Origin: an uncultured delta proteobacterium
GTDB lineage: Bacteria; Desulfobacterota; Syntrophia; Syntrophales; UBA2185
Assembly: GCA_963729715.1 (NCBI GenBank)
Contig: CAVSPA010000004.1
Coordinates: 384,001 to 448,000, forward strand
Direction of reading: 5' to 3'
Length of the DNA stretch: 64,000 bases
Numbering within the stretch: the first letter of the stretch is position 1; the number at the start of each line of letters is the position of its first letter. This document shows positions 52,009-62,897 of the stretch, piece by piece. The translations under genes and the position numbers were made by a program. Under the pieces are notes generated by a model that was not told where the DNA came from, searched no databases, and was given only the letters and a program-made list of their open reading frames with translations.

Positions 52009-53157
52009 ATGATAACAACAAGAGCATCGGAAATCCTCCCCTTTATCGTCATGGACGTCCTGGAAAAGGCCCAGGAGATGGAGAGAAGGGGAGAAGATAT
52101 TATTCATCTCGAAGTTGGTGAGCCTGACTTTGATACGCCGGAATGCATCAGAGAGGCAGGTTGCCGGGCTATGAGATGCGGGAAAACGCATTATACCCAT
52201 AGTCTCGGTTTGCTCGAGTTGCGAGAGGCAATTTGCGAACATTACTTCGACAAATATACCGTGGTAATCTCGCCTGATCAGGTTGTGGTGACTTCCGGTA
52301 CGTCGCCGGCCATGCTCGTACTCTTCGCTACGATATTGAATGCCGGCGACGAGATCATCATTTCAGACCCCCATTATGCCTGCTACCCAAACTTCATCAG
52401 ATTTTTCGAGGGCATCCCGATAACGGTCGATGTTTATGAAGAAGAAGGCTTTCAGTATGCCTCCCAGGCAATAAAAGAAAAAATAAGCCGGTCCACCAAA
52501 GGAATCATGATAAATTCGCCCTCCAACCCGACGGGGAACCTCCTCAGCCCCGTGAGAATGGCGGAAATTGCAGCGCTTGGCGTTCCGGTAATCTCCGACG
52601 AGATTTACCATGGCCTCGTCTACGAAGAAAAAGAGCACAGCATCCTTGAATTTACGGACAATGCCTTTGTATTCAACGGCTTTTCCAAGGCATATGCCAT
52701 GACCGGATGGCGTCTTGGCTATTTGATTGCCCCCAGATCCTATATCAGGCCCATGCAGAAGTTGCTGCAGAACCTTTTCATATCCGCAAACTCCTTCGTC
52801 CAATGGGCTGGTGTAACTGCCTTGCGAGAGGCAGGAGAAGAAGTTGACCGCATGAGAAGGATCTACAATGAAAGAAGAAAGTTCATAATCAAGCGTCTGC
52901 GGGAAATGGGGCTCGGTGTCAAGGTGGAACCCACAGGCGCCTTCTACGTCCTCGGAAACATAAAATCCCTGTCAAACGACTCATACAAAATGGCCTTCGA
53001 CATTCTCGAAAAGGCCCGTGTAGGCGTCACCCCGGGCATTGACTTCGGCAAGAACTGCGAGGGTTATTTGCGCTTTTCTTATGCAAACTCTCTCGAAAAC
53101 ATCGCAGAAGGCATGCAACGTCTCGAAAAATATCTAAAGGAAACGTTCGGTCATTGA
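52009..53157 (+). CDS. PLP-dependent class I aminotransferase
   Basis: GEPDF, NSPSNPTG, SDEIY, GFSKAYAMTGWRLG. Confidence 0.93.
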   Translation: MITTRASEILPFIVMDVLEKAQEMERRGEDIIHLEVGEPDFDTPECIREAGCRAMRCGKTHYTHSLGLLELREAICEHYFDKYTVVISPDQVVVTSGTSPAMLVLFATILNAGDEIIISDPHYACYPNFIRFFEGIPITVDVYEEEGFQYASQAIKEKISRSTKGIMINSPSNPTGNLLSPVRMAEIAALGVPVISDEIYHGLVYEEKEHSILEFTDNAFVFNGFSKAYAMTGWRLGYLIAPRSYIRPMQKLLQNLFISANSFVQWAGVTALREAGEEVDRMRRIYNERRKFIIKRLREMGLGVKVEPTGAFYVLGNIKSLSNDSYKMAFDILEKARVGVTPGIDFGKNCEGYLRFSYANSLENIAEGMQRLEKYLKETFGH

Positions 53158-53816
53158 AGGCGACGAGATCAACCCATGCCGTCTTTTTTGATTTCGATGG
53201 CACCCTGGCAAAACTGAATATTGATTTCCCGCTAATGAGGCAGGCTGTTCTCGATCTTGCAGGGGCATACGATGTGCCTTTGCAGGGAATGAGAAACCTC
53301 TACGTCCTCGAAATCATCAAAGCCGCGCAGGAATTGATTTCTGAAATAGATCCCGACAAAGAAGAAGCCTTTTTGGAGCAGGCGGTCACACTCATTACGA
53401 AAATCGAAATTGAAGCGGCAAAAAAAGGTGAACTCATAGGAGGAACGAGAGACATGCTTGCCGAGTTGAAAAGACGCAATATCAAGGCCGGGGTTGTAAC
53501 CAGAAACTGTCAGGCAGCCGTTATCACGGTGTTTCCCGATATCTTCAATTATTGCGGTGCCGTCATCACGAGAGAAATGACCCGTAATGTCAAGCCTCAT
53601 CCTGACCATCTTTTGGTCGCCCTCCAATCGCTCGACGCTCTCCCGCAATCATCATTTATGGTCGGTGATCATCCCATGGACATCAAAATCGGCAAGGATG
53701 CAGGCACCTTAACAGTGGGCGTCCTTACCGGGTATTCAAAATCAGACGCGCTCTCAAACGCGGGAGCTGATTTCATCCTCAGCAAGGCCGCAGATATCAT
53801 CGATTTATTGTCTTAA
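53154..53816 (+). CDS. HAD family phosphatase
   Basis: FDFDGTL, KPHP, MVGDHPMDI. Confidence 0.9.
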   Translation: MKATRSTHAVFFDFDGTLAKLNIDFPLMRQAVLDLAGAYDVPLQGMRNLYVLEIIKAAQELISEIDPDKEEAFLEQAVTLITKIEIEAAKKGELIGGTRDMLAELKRRNIKAGVVTRNCQAAVITVFPDIFNYCGAVITREMTRNVKPHPDHLLVALQSLDALPQSSFMVGDHPMDIKIGKDAGTLTVGVLTGYSKSDALSNAGADFILSKAADIIDLLS

Positions 53817-54009
53817 GCTTTTTTTGGCGGCCCGAAGACCCTTTTAGTCTCGCCCGCTGCTGCAAGTCGCGCCAAAAATTCATGTATTTATAGTTTTCCG
53901 GCATTCTTTTCTTGACATAATCATGACTTATCGATTAATTTCAAACAATCAGAGAGAGAGTTCCTTGTGGGAATCAGTCTTTAGTTTTGAATTACAAGGT
54001 TCGGCCTTT

Positions 54010-55935
54010 ATGACTCTTGCAGATAGTCAAAAATTTCTTGAACCATGGAAAAAGACATATCCGGAGAAGTTTGCCAGCGAGGATGAGATATTCAGCCGCA
54101 TCCGGCGCGGCCATCACATATTTGTCACATCGGGGTGCGGCGAACCGCAGTATCTCATAGCCGCGATGACAAAGTACGTGGAATCGCACCCCAAGGCATT
54201 CTTCGATGCAGAGATCATACAAATCTATTCCCTCGGCATAGCTCCCTACACAGACGAAAAGTTCAAGAGCAATTTTCGCCATAATTCCTTTTTTATAGGC
54301 AACAATACAAGAGATCCGGTCAACAAGGGGGCGGCAGATTATACCCCTATATCTCTTTCAGATATCCCGGCATTGATGTCGGCCGGCATGGTGCAGATAG
54401 ACATCGCCCTCATTCAGACGTCATTGCCTGACGAGCATGGATTTCTCAGCCTCGGAGTGAGTGTCGATGTGGTAAAGTCGGCCGCAGAAAGTGCGTCTCT
54501 CGTGATTGCCCAGGTCAATTCCTACATGCCGCGCGCCCATGGAGACGGTTTTATCAATATCAAAGATGTGAATTTTGTCATACCGCATGACGCGCCGATC
54601 CTCGAGCTTCAGAGATCATTTTCCGAGGAGAAGACCCACTCCTTACAGCGGATAGGATTCTACGTTTCACGCCTTATTCAGGATGGTGACACGCTGCAGG
54701 TGGGATACGGAAGCATTCCCAACGCGATTATGGCACATCTATACAGTAAGAAGAATTTAGGCATCCATACGGAGCTCCTGACGGAAGGCATCGTAAGTTT
54801 AAGCCAGGCAGGCGTCATCGATAACTCAAAAAAGACCTTAAACAGGGGGAAAACAGTAGCCACATTCTGCATGGCCAAGAAGGAAACCTACGATTATATT
54901 CATGACAACCCTTCCATTGTTTTCAGAACTGTCGACTACACGAACAATCCCATGGTTATAGCTCGGAACGACAACATGGTCGCAATCAACAGCGCCCTTG
55001 AAATCGATCTCACGGGACAGGCCACATCAGAATCCATAGGCAGCATGTTTTACAGCGGCATAGGCGGCTTTCATGATTTCATGCGAGGAGCCCTGCTTGC
55101 AAAAAACGGAAAAACGATCCTGGCGATGAAATCAACCGCGGCCGACGACTCCATATCAAGAATAGTGCCGACACTCAGTCCTCAGGCAGGTGTCACCCTC
55201 AGTCGCGCTGATGTCCGCTATGTTGTAACCGAGCACGGCATCGCGTACCTCCATGGGAAAAACATCCGTGAACGGGCTATGGCACTGATCTCAATTGCCC
55301 ATCCAAAATTCCGGCCGTGGCTCATCGAAGAGGCAAAAAAGCGTGGATTGATTTACCCGGATCAGGCGTATATACCTGGCGAGAGAGGCAGATACCCGGA
55401 AGTTCTCGAAACCTACAGAACCACAACGTCAGGTCTACAGCTCTTTTTGAGACCTATGAAAATAACCGACGAGCCTCTTCTCAAAGACTTTTTTTATTCC
55501 CTTTCCGACAGAAGTCTGCACCGCAGATTTATGTCATGGCGTAAAGATATTCCGCACGAGCGATTACAGGATTTTGTTATCATCGATTACACAAAAGAGA
55601 TCTCCATACTGGCAATCATTGGATCGCAGGAGAATGAAATGATCGTGGGATTGGGCCAGTATGGGATTGACGAGGCTACGCACACGGCCGAAGTTGCCGT
55701 CGCTGTAAGGGATGACTATCAGAAAAGGGGTATCGGCACCGAGCTGTTATCCTATCTGACCTATCTTGCCAAGAGGGAAGGTTTGCTCGGATTTACGGCC
55801 GAAGTGCTTGTGGAAAATAATGCCATGCTGCAGGTCTTCGAAAAGGGCGGATTTGACATCACAAAGCAGGTTGAAGCCGGCGTGTATCATTTGAAAATGG
55901 CCTTCAGGATTCCTGAGACAGTACGAGATATATGA
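54010..55935 (+). CDS. Acetyl-CoA hydrolase/CoA-transferase fused to C-terminal GNAT domain
   Basis: LGIHTE, INSALEIDLTGQ, VVTEHGIA; GNAT YQKRGIGT. Confidence 0.88.
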   Translation: MTLADSQKFLEPWKKTYPEKFASEDEIFSRIRRGHHIFVTSGCGEPQYLIAAMTKYVESHPKAFFDAEIIQIYSLGIAPYTDEKFKSNFRHNSFFIGNNTRDPVNKGAADYTPISLSDIPALMSAGMVQIDIALIQTSLPDEHGFLSLGVSVDVVKSAAESASLVIAQVNSYMPRAHGDGFINIKDVNFVIPHDAPILELQRSFSEEKTHSLQRIGFYVSRLIQDGDTLQVGYGSIPNAIMAHLYSKKNLGIHTELLTEGIVSLSQAGVIDNSKKTLNRGKTVATFCMAKKETYDYIHDNPSIVFRTVDYTNNPMVIARNDNMVAINSALEIDLTGQATSESIGSMFYSGIGGFHDFMRGALLAKNGKTILAMKSTAADDSISRIVPTLSPQAGVTLSRADVRYVVTEHGIAYLHGKNIRERAMALISIAHPKFRPWLIEEAKKRGLIYPDQAYIPGERGRYPEVLETYRTTTSGLQLFLRPMKITDEPLLKDFFYSLSDRSLHRRFMSWRKDIPHERLQDFVIIDYTKEISILAIIGSQENEMIVGLGQYGIDEATHTAEVAVAVRDDYQKRGIGTELLSYLTYLAKREGLLGFTAEVLVENNAMLQVFEKGGFDITKQVEAGVYHLKMAFRIPETVRDI

Positions 55936-56061
55936 TAAAGATGCTTGATGAACTTGTAGATGGCAGCAAATGCGCGTCCCGCGGGAAGCGCAGGTCACAG
56001 GACCAGCCACAATGGCATTAGTTCAAATCTTCCATAATTAGATTCTTAAGAGGTGTAACAA

Positions 56062-57102
56062 ATGTACAGTCTGGTGGTAACATCCATGCATCCCAATGCA
56101 GGTAAGACGAGTATTATAATCGGTTTGGCAAAGGCGCTGAATAAGAAAATAGGCTATATTAAACCCTTCGGAGACCGGCTGCTCTATCGTAAGAAAAGGC
56201 TGTGGGATTACGATGCAGCGCTCATGAACGGCATCTTTTCTCTCGGAGAAGACCCTGCGGAAATGAGCATCGGGTTTGATCATTCCCGGCTGTTATACAT
56301 TTTCGATAAGGATACGATCACTCAAAAAATCCGCGATCTGCGGGACAGCAACGGCAAAGACAATGAAATCCTCTTTGTCGAAGGCGGGAAAGACCTGTCA
56401 TACGGGGTCTCCGTTTACCTCGATGCCCTATCCATCGCGAAGGCATTGAATGCCGACCTTGTAATCGTGATCAGTGGCAAGGACGATACTATTATCGACG
56501 ATATCGTCTTCTTGAAAAACCATGTTAATCTTGGCGCAGTCAACCTCAAAGGAGTCATCATCAACAAGGTGCCCCACCTCGAGGATTTCGTAAACATCCA
56601 TCTTCCCAAGATAAAATCACTAAATGTCAACGTACTCGGCTTAATTCCGTTTAATGAGGAATTGCCGCGGTTTACGGTGAATTTTCTTGCCGATCGTCTG
56701 TTTGCAAAGGTTATTACAGGCGAATCATTTCTGAATCGCCCGGTGAAGAACATCATCATAGGCTCCATGTCGGCCAGCGCTGTTGTAAATCTTCCCGTAT
56801 TTCATGAAGAGAAGAAAGTCGTCATAACGAGTGGCGACCGCCATGACATGATTACCGCTGCAATGGAAGGCGATACGGCGGCTGTCATACTCACCTGCAA
56901 CATCGAGCCCACTCCGGAGCTCGTCTCGAAGGCGACGGAACGGAAGATTCCTCTCCTGCTTGTATCACCTGATACTTACCAGATCGCCAAGCAAATAGAT
57001 TTCATGGAACCGCTCCTACAGAAGGATGACGCTGACAAAATATTTCTCCTCGAACAAATCATCAAGAAGCATGTCCACCTGCAGGAGTTCCAAGGGTCAT
57101 AG
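56062..57102 (+). CDS. Phosphotransacetylase N-terminal-like (P-loop + DRTGG) protein
   Basis: NAGKT, GYIKPFG, VEGG, ITSGDRHD. Confidence 0.85.
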   Translation: MYSLVVTSMHPNAGKTSIIIGLAKALNKKIGYIKPFGDRLLYRKKRLWDYDAALMNGIFSLGEDPAEMSIGFDHSRLLYIFDKDTITQKIRDLRDSNGKDNEILFVEGGKDLSYGVSVYLDALSIAKALNADLVIVISGKDDTIIDDIVFLKNHVNLGAVNLKGVIINKVPHLEDFVNIHLPKIKSLNVNVLGLIPFNEELPRFTVNFLADRLFAKVITGESFLNRPVKNIIIGSMSASAVVNLPVFHEEKKVVITSGDRHDMITAAMEGDTAAVILTCNIEPTPELVSKATERKIPLLLVSPDTYQIAKQIDFMEPLLQKDDADKIFLLEQIIKKHVHLQEFQGS

Positions 57103-57113
57103 GGCACACGGCT

Positions 57114-58475
57114 ATGATCAATCCTGAGGTTTTCAGAGAGTATGACGTCCGGGGCGTTGTTGACAAGGACTTGGATTTTGACTTCGTCTACGGCCTGGGA
57201 AGGTCTATCGGAACATACTCAATTCCCCGCGGCATCAAGACGATGACTCTCGGCATGGACTGCCGTCTCAGCTCCCCCGCCTACCATGAAGCGATAAGAA
57301 AAGGGATCAATTCCACGGGAATCAATATCATCGATATCGGCCTGTGTGCCACCCCGGTGCTTTACTTTGCCATACGGCATTTTAATGCGGATGGAGGAGT
57401 GATGATTACCGGAAGCCATAATCCGCCCGAGTTTAATGGTTTTAAGATATGCGTGGGACCGGACACCATCTACGGGCCCGATATCCAGGAACTGAGAAGG
57501 ATAATGGAAAGCGGAAAATACATATCAGGGCATGGAACCAATCGCTTTGCGGATATTTCCAGACACTATGAAGATTGTCTATTTACCAACGTTACGATTA
57601 AGGAAGGGTTGAATATTGTCGTAGACGGCGGAAACGGCGTAGGCGGAATATTTGCCCTCCCCCTTTTTAAACGCTTCGGCTGTAATGTAACAGATATCTA
57701 CTGTGATCCAGACGGCCGTTTCCCCAACCACTTTCCCGATCCAACGGTTCCTGAAAACCTGACGGAACTGATCTCACTGGTTAAGGAGAAACGAGCGGAC
57801 ATTGGCATAGCTTACGATGGCGATGCCGATAGGATAGGCGTAGTGACAGACAAAGGGACAGTGCTCTGGGGAGATGAGCTTCTCCTACTTTTTTCCAGAT
57901 TTATCCTCAAGAACTCACCTGGCGCATCCATCATAGGCGAGGTTAAGTGCTCGCAGAAACTTTATGACGACATTGAAAAACATGGCGGCAGACCGATAAT
58001 GTGGAAGGCCGGTCACTCCCTGATCAAGAGCAAAATGAAGGAAGAAAAAGCCCCCCTGGCCGGTGAAATGAGCGGCCACCTCTTCTTTGCCGATAGATAT
58101 TTCGGATATGACGACGCCATCTATGCCTCTCTCAGGCTTCTTGAGATCATATCGATGTCAGGGGAAGGAATCAGCGAAATGCTTGCCGATGTGCCCCGGA
58201 CTTTCACTACCCCCGAGATCCGTGTGGACTGCCCTGACCACATAAAATTTAATGTGGTTGAAGAGGTCAAAAAGCACTTCAGAAAAACCCACAAGATCAT
58301 CGATGTTGACGGTGTGCGTATTCCTTTTGTAGATGGATGGGGCCTTGTACGTTCATCCAACACACAGCCTGTTTTAGTCCTCCGATTTGAAGCCTTAACC
58401 GAGGCAGGGCTGCATTTGATAAGAGAAACCGTGGAGAACGTCCTTTACACTATAATGCAAAAACACCTGCAATAA
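57114..58475 (+). CDS. Phosphomannomutase/phosphoglucomutase
   Basis: FREYDVRG, TGSHNP, DGDADR, GEMSGH, RSSNTQP. Confidence 0.95.
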   Translation: MINPEVFREYDVRGVVDKDLDFDFVYGLGRSIGTYSIPRGIKTMTLGMDCRLSSPAYHEAIRKGINSTGINIIDIGLCATPVLYFAIRHFNADGGVMITGSHNPPEFNGFKICVGPDTIYGPDIQELRRIMESGKYISGHGTNRFADISRHYEDCLFTNVTIKEGLNIVVDGGNGVGGIFALPLFKRFGCNVTDIYCDPDGRFPNHFPDPTVPENLTELISLVKEKRADIGIAYDGDADRIGVVTDKGTVLWGDELLLLFSRFILKNSPGASIIGEVKCSQKLYDDIEKHGGRPIMWKAGHSLIKSKMKEEKAPLAGEMSGHLFFADRYFGYDDAIYASLRLLEIISMSGEGISEMLADVPRTFTTPEIRVDCPDHIKFNVVEEVKKHFRKTHKIIDVDGVRIPFVDGWGLVRSSNTQPVLVLRFEALTEAGLHLIRETVENVLYTIMQKHLQ

Positions 58476-58803
58476 TCACCGCCCTGCGCTTTATCATCCC
58501 CACACCATAACTTCACCCTCGGCATCAGAGCTTCGCCTCGGACGAAGTCATTAAATAATCACCTTGGACCCTGCAAATGGGGAGAACAGCAATGTATGTT
58601 TTTACCTATAGTTATACCTACCAAAAATTACATACCGAGAACTTTGACATGATCTTCCCCCACCTGATAGAAAATAGGCAATTCTATTTCAGTTTTTAGA
58701 GATAGTTGCATTGGAGAGGGCAGTCTAAATTTTATATCTTTTGATAGACTGTGAAATATGATGATCGCAAAAGCTACATTACGTGAGAAAGGAATAGAGG
58801 GAA

Positions 58804-59028
58804 ATGGGTACAAGCAGAAAGAATAATAATTGGATACCGAATAAACAAAAATTAACGCCTTGTGTATGCCCCAGGTGCACTGCCAAACATAAGAAGATGA
58901 TCTTCTGGACCGGAAATATTCCCGCAAGAAAGTTCTGTCCGTCTTGCGAGCAGATTGCAGAACGCGACTACACTTTCGAACCCTATTCGCTGGGGTATAT
59001 GGACAAGGACGAATTATTCTCGTACTGA
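58804..59028 (+). CDS. Small zinc-binding hypothetical protein
   Basis: CPRC...FCPSC; GAGGG RBS. Confidence 0.55.
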   Translation: MGTSRKNNNWIPNKQKLTPCVCPRCTAKHKKMIFWTGNIPARKFCPSCEQIAERDYTFEPYSLGYMDKDELFSY

Positions 59029-59283
59029 GTTATTTCTATCAGACTGACGTCAGCAGACCTTCCACTTGCGCCACAGAACTATTCGTCATTCTTGAATGCG
59101 TACGTTCGCGGCAGGTTTCAGCCCCTCCGACACCCACAAATAGAAAACCACTCAATCAATCATGCCCCAAGAAAATGTCTTCGCAGAATCTGAGAGAGCA
59201 TCAAGGCAGTCTCCGCCCCGTGGTGTAATACGCACGTAAAAATGAGAAGGGGTCATGGCTCGCTCATAACCCCTTGAGTCTGC

Positions 59284-59312
59284 TGGTCGGGGCGGGAGGA
59301 TTTGAACCTCCG
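59284..59312 (-). other. tRNA-Pro-like 3' fragment (att-site remnant)
   Basis: Reverse complement CGGAGGTTCAAATCCTCCCGCCCCGACCA: T-arm, acceptor 3' strand and CCA, with no 5' half. Confidence 0.75.
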
Positions 59313-59602
59313 GTATTGTATGGTAACTAGCGGATTATATTAAGCTTAATTTCATGTTACCGAACGTTTACCCAATTTTTGTCTCTGTTACTGCTCACCA
59401 CATTATCATTTTCTTTAAAGCTGTTTAGTCGTATTTAGACTAAACGCATATCTGCCTGCAAGCAACAGAATCTGCATACAGAACAAGAACCGCCATTTCA
59501 AGTTGCCAGTTACGATCACAGGCCCAGTTCATTGATAATGGAGAGAGAGATATAACCTTCTCCCTTTTCTCACCGTTTAAATCTAAAAAATGAAATTTGG
59601 GC

Positions 59603-59630
59603 TTGCTAATTATATAAATACTTATATAAT
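59603..59630 (+). promoter_or_regulatory. TA promoter with palindromic operator
   Basis: TTGCTA-16 bp-TATAAT overlapped by ATTATATAA-ATAC-TTATATAAT. Confidence 0.7.
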
Positions 59631-59636
59631 GTATCC

Positions 59637-59957
59637 ATGAAGATGAAGCCGCTGAAATTCATGGGATAGAGTCTAGATGATCTTCGTAACTTTCCTGATG
59701 AAGCGCGTAGGACCGTGGGCTTTGAACTTTATGCTGTTCAGTTAGGACTAGAACCAAGCGATTGGAAGCCGATGCCGATTGTCGGATCCGGTGTAAGGGA
59801 AATACGTATCCATATACTTGGGGAATGGCGGGTTATCTATGTCGCCAAGCTTCACGAAGTGATTTATGTGCTTCATTCCTTTCAAAAGAAAACGAGAAAA
59901 ACAGGTAACCGAGATATTGAGTTGGCTCGCCAACGTTACAAGCAAATTGGAGGATAA
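59637..59957 (+). pseudogene. RelE/HigB (Gp49-like) toxin with in-frame amber stop
   Basis: MKMKPLKFMG*SLDDLRNFP...GVREIRI..WRVIY..VLHSFQKKT; TAG at 59667-59669. Confidence 0.82.
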
Positions 59958-59960
59958 GCT

Positions 59961-60245
59961 ATGAGCGATGCGATTATTAAATCTTCCGGCAATGTATTTA
60001 TTGATCTGGGATATGCTCCAGAAGAGGCCGCAATTCTTCAGATGCGTGCTGATCTCATGGTCAAACTCCGTAAGTTTATTGAAACCAGGAAACTTACGCA
60101 GGCCAATGCTGCGAAAATTCTTTGCATCAGTCAGTCTAGGGTATCCGACCTGATTAGAGGAAAATGGGAGAGATTTAGCCTCGAAATGCTTGTCACTCTT
60201 GCCACGAGGGCAGGAATGCAGGTAAGTCTGAAAACAGCGGCATAA
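59961..60245 (+). CDS. HigA-like XRE antitoxin
   Basis: SSGNVFIDLG, LTQANAAKILCISQSRVSDLIRGK..FSLEML. Confidence 0.9.
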   Translation: MSDAIIKSSGNVFIDLGYAPEEAAILQMRADLMVKLRKFIETRKLTQANAAKILCISQSRVSDLIRGKWERFSLEMLVTLATRAGMQVSLKTAA

Positions 60246-60598
60246 AGAAGATGACGAACTACTCCACGAGGGAAGGAACTGGGCAAAAAATAGTTGGGAG
60301 CAGGTTTACCTTTACACATTAGGTCAAAGCCGATTATTGGATCGGCTTATAGATTACAGATCCAAGGCACAATGGCTAAACTGCTGGCTTCTACGTTTCG
60401 GGGGTTATATGGATCTTCCTGTGCTCATTAAATCTGCCTTTATTGTATGGATGCCTATTCCGATGATTCCGCCACTCGATTCCGAAGGAAGCGGCCACCC
60501 TGTTCCGATTCAAAGCGCCAGGGTGTTCCGGTTGATTCCGCCACCCCTTGTCGGAGCATAGCGACGCTGGTTTTTAGCTCTTTCTCATAGAAGCTTCT

Positions 60599-61342
60599 TC
60601 AGGTCAAGCCGGCATATTTTTTTCTCAGGGAGCCTCCTTTCATGGACAGGTTTATTTTATGGGCGTTATGGATCAACCGGTCAAGGATAGCATCGGCGAT
60701 GGTGGGATCGCCGATCTGTTCATGCCAGTGCTCCACGGGGAGTTGACTGGCGACGATAGTAGAGGCGTGGCCATGTCTTTCCTCAACGACCTCCAGGAGG
60801 TCTCTTCGTTCGGCATCGGTCATGGGAGCAAGGCCGAGATCGTCAATCACCAGGACATGGGCCTTGGCGAGTTTGTTGATGGTCTTGCCGTAGCTTCCGT
60901 CTCCCCTGGCCAGGACCATCTGGTATGAGAACGCGGGGGATCGGACGTAGAGAGCACGGTATCCTTCCCGACAAGCCTTGTTGGTCAGAGCGCAGGCGAG
61001 GAAGGTTTTTCCCGCACCGGTGGGGCCGGTGATAATAATGTTGTGGTGTCGTTTGACCCAATCGCAGGAGCTGAGGCTCATCATAACTGAGCGATCGAGT
61101 CCCCGCGGGGTTTTATAGTCGATATCCTCAATGCAGGCATTGAGTTTCATCCGGGCATTTTTCAGATATCGTTCCAATCGGTTGTTTTCTTTCCAGGTCC
61201 ATTGACGATCTACAATAAGACCGAAACGTTCTGCGAAGGAGAGCTTATCCATATCCGGCTGGTTTTGCTGATCGGCGAAGGCCTCCGCCATGCCCGTCAG
61301 TTTCAGTTCATAAAGTTTGTTTATGGTCTGTTGATCAAGCAT
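60599..61342 (-). CDS. istB: IS21 helper ATPase
   Basis: GPTGAGKT, LVIDDLG, ADAILDRLIH. Confidence 0.96.
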   Translation of the reverse strand: MLDQQTINKLYELKLTGMAEAFADQQNQPDMDKLSFAERFGLIVDRQWTWKENNRLERYLKNARMKLNACIEDIDYKTPRGLDRSVMMSLSSCDWVKRHHNIIITGPTGAGKTFLACALTNKACREGYRALYVRSPAFSYQMVLARGDGSYGKTINKLAKAHVLVIDDLGLAPMTDAERRDLLEVVEERHGHASTIVASQLPVEHWHEQIGDPTIADAILDRLIHNAHKINLSMKGGSLRKKYAGLT

Positions 61343-62897
61343 CGACAGCCTCCTCTTGCTGGTAATATTCCCTTCCCCGGATGTTGTAATGGAGGATCGG
61401 TTTTTCGGAAGAGAGGGATTCCGGCAACTCCTGTTTGTCAAGGTTGGTTTTCAGGATCGATTCGACGCTCTTGTAACTGTAGGCCCTCAGCAGCAGGGAA
61501 CGTCCACAGGCTGCCTCCACCCGCTCGGATGAGTATCGCTTTACCAGCCTCATGATGCCCAGACAGGAGCGGAAACCCTGCTCCGGATGTTTACGGTTCT
61601 CCATGATGCAGGAAGCCAGATTACGGGTGTTGGGACCGTTTTTACCTGCCCAGTCCATGATCCGGGAAGGAGTCCATTCTAAATATTTTTGGTGTGCCTT
61701 GGGCATATGTTCTGCCAGCGTTGTGTGCGCACCTCTGTGGTAACTTCTCGGATGGGTTGCGACGCGACGGTTTTTGAACAACGCCTCGATGGTGGTCGCC
61801 GTGAAGCGGACCTCCACCTGTTCTTTTACAAGTTGATAGGGAACACTGTAATAGTGACCGTCGATCTCGATGTGGTAATCGATGTTGACTCTCGCCTTCT
61901 TCCATTCGGCATATTCATAAGGAGAAGAAGGCAGCGGTTTCAAAGCTGGCCGGTCAATGGTTTCGTAAAGACTCCTCCGGGTGCCGTCCATCTTTTGGAA
62001 CTTGCGGCTGTTCATGTCCTGAAGCTTTTCGGCAATAGCCCGGTTCAGTTCCACGATGCCGAAGAAAGTGTGGTTCCGAAGCGCCGCCAAGATCCACCGT
62101 TCCGCCACAAAAACCGCCGATTCTGCTTTGGCCTTGTCCTTCGGTTTGGCGATGCGGGTGGGAATGACTACCGCTCCATAATGTTCCGCCAGATCATGAT
62201 AGGTCGGATTGATGTCCGGTTCGTAGGTGCAGGGTTTGTTCACGCCGGATTTGAGATTGTCGGGAACAAGGATCTCCGGGACGCCCTCGAAGAAGTTAAA
62301 TGCCCGGATATGGGCATCGACCCAGGAAGGAAGATCCTGCGAGAAAGAGGCCCACGCAAACGTGTAGCTGCTGGCGCCCAAGGCGGCGATAAAAAGATGC
62401 GCCTCTTTTATTTGCCCGGAAACCGGATCCGTAACAGGGATCGTCTGACCGGCATAGTCAACAAAGACCTTTTCCCCGGCCCGATGGGTCTGGCGCAGGC
62501 AAACATCCAGCTTGCCCGTCCACTGGCGATAAAGGAGACAGAACTGACTGTATTGATACCCATCCGGGTTGGCTGCTCTATATTCCAGCCACAGAAGATA
62601 TAGGGTTACCCCCTTGCGGTTCAGCTCCTTACGGAGGTACTCCATTGCGGGTAGTCCTCCCTTGTCAGGGGCTTTTGTTGGTGCTGGCGGAAACATCAGC
62701 GCTTCAAGGGAGCCGTCATCGAGATCGGGGCTCAGAGGCCAACTCAGACCGGCGTTTTGAGCGCGTGCCAAGTATCCCCTGATTGTGCTCCGGGCGATAT
62801 TGCAGCTTTGTGAAATCTGCTGGTTGGAGAACTTTTTCTCCCACTTCAATCGTAGAACTTCTTTTATGGTGCGCATGGATAACCTTTCTGCCGCCAC
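61335..62897 (-). CDS. istA: IS21 transposase
   Basis: FVDYAG, VPDNLKSGV, KDKAKAE, YYSVPY. Confidence 0.96.
   Translation of the reverse strand: MAAERLSMRTIKEVLRLKWEKKFSNQQISQSCNIARSTIRGYLARAQNAGLSWPLSPDLDDGSLEALMFPPAPTKAPDKGGLPAMEYLRKELNRKGVTLYLLWLEYRAANPDGYQYSQFCLLYRQWTGKLDVCLRQTHRAGEKVFVDYAGQTIPVTDPVSGQIKEAHLFIAALGASSYTFAWASFSQDLPSWVDAHIRAFNFFEGVPEILVPDNLKSGVNKPCTYEPDINPTYHDLAEHYGAVVIPTRIAKPKDKAKAESAVFVAERWILAALRNHTFFGIVELNRAIAEKLQDMNSRKFQKMDGTRRSLYETIDRPALKPLPSSPYEYAEWKKARVNIDYHIEIDGHYYSVPYQLVKEQVEVRFTATTIEALFKNRRVATHPRSYHRGAHTTLAEHMPKAHQKYLEWTPSRIMDWAGKNGPNTRNLASCIMENRKHPEQGFRSCLGIMRLVKRYSSERVEAACGRSLLLRAYSYKSVESILKTNLDKQELPESLSSEKPILHYNIRGREYYQQEEAVDA

Noticed and set aside
61689..62603. 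304-aa + strand ORF
   Set aside because: Antisense to istA.
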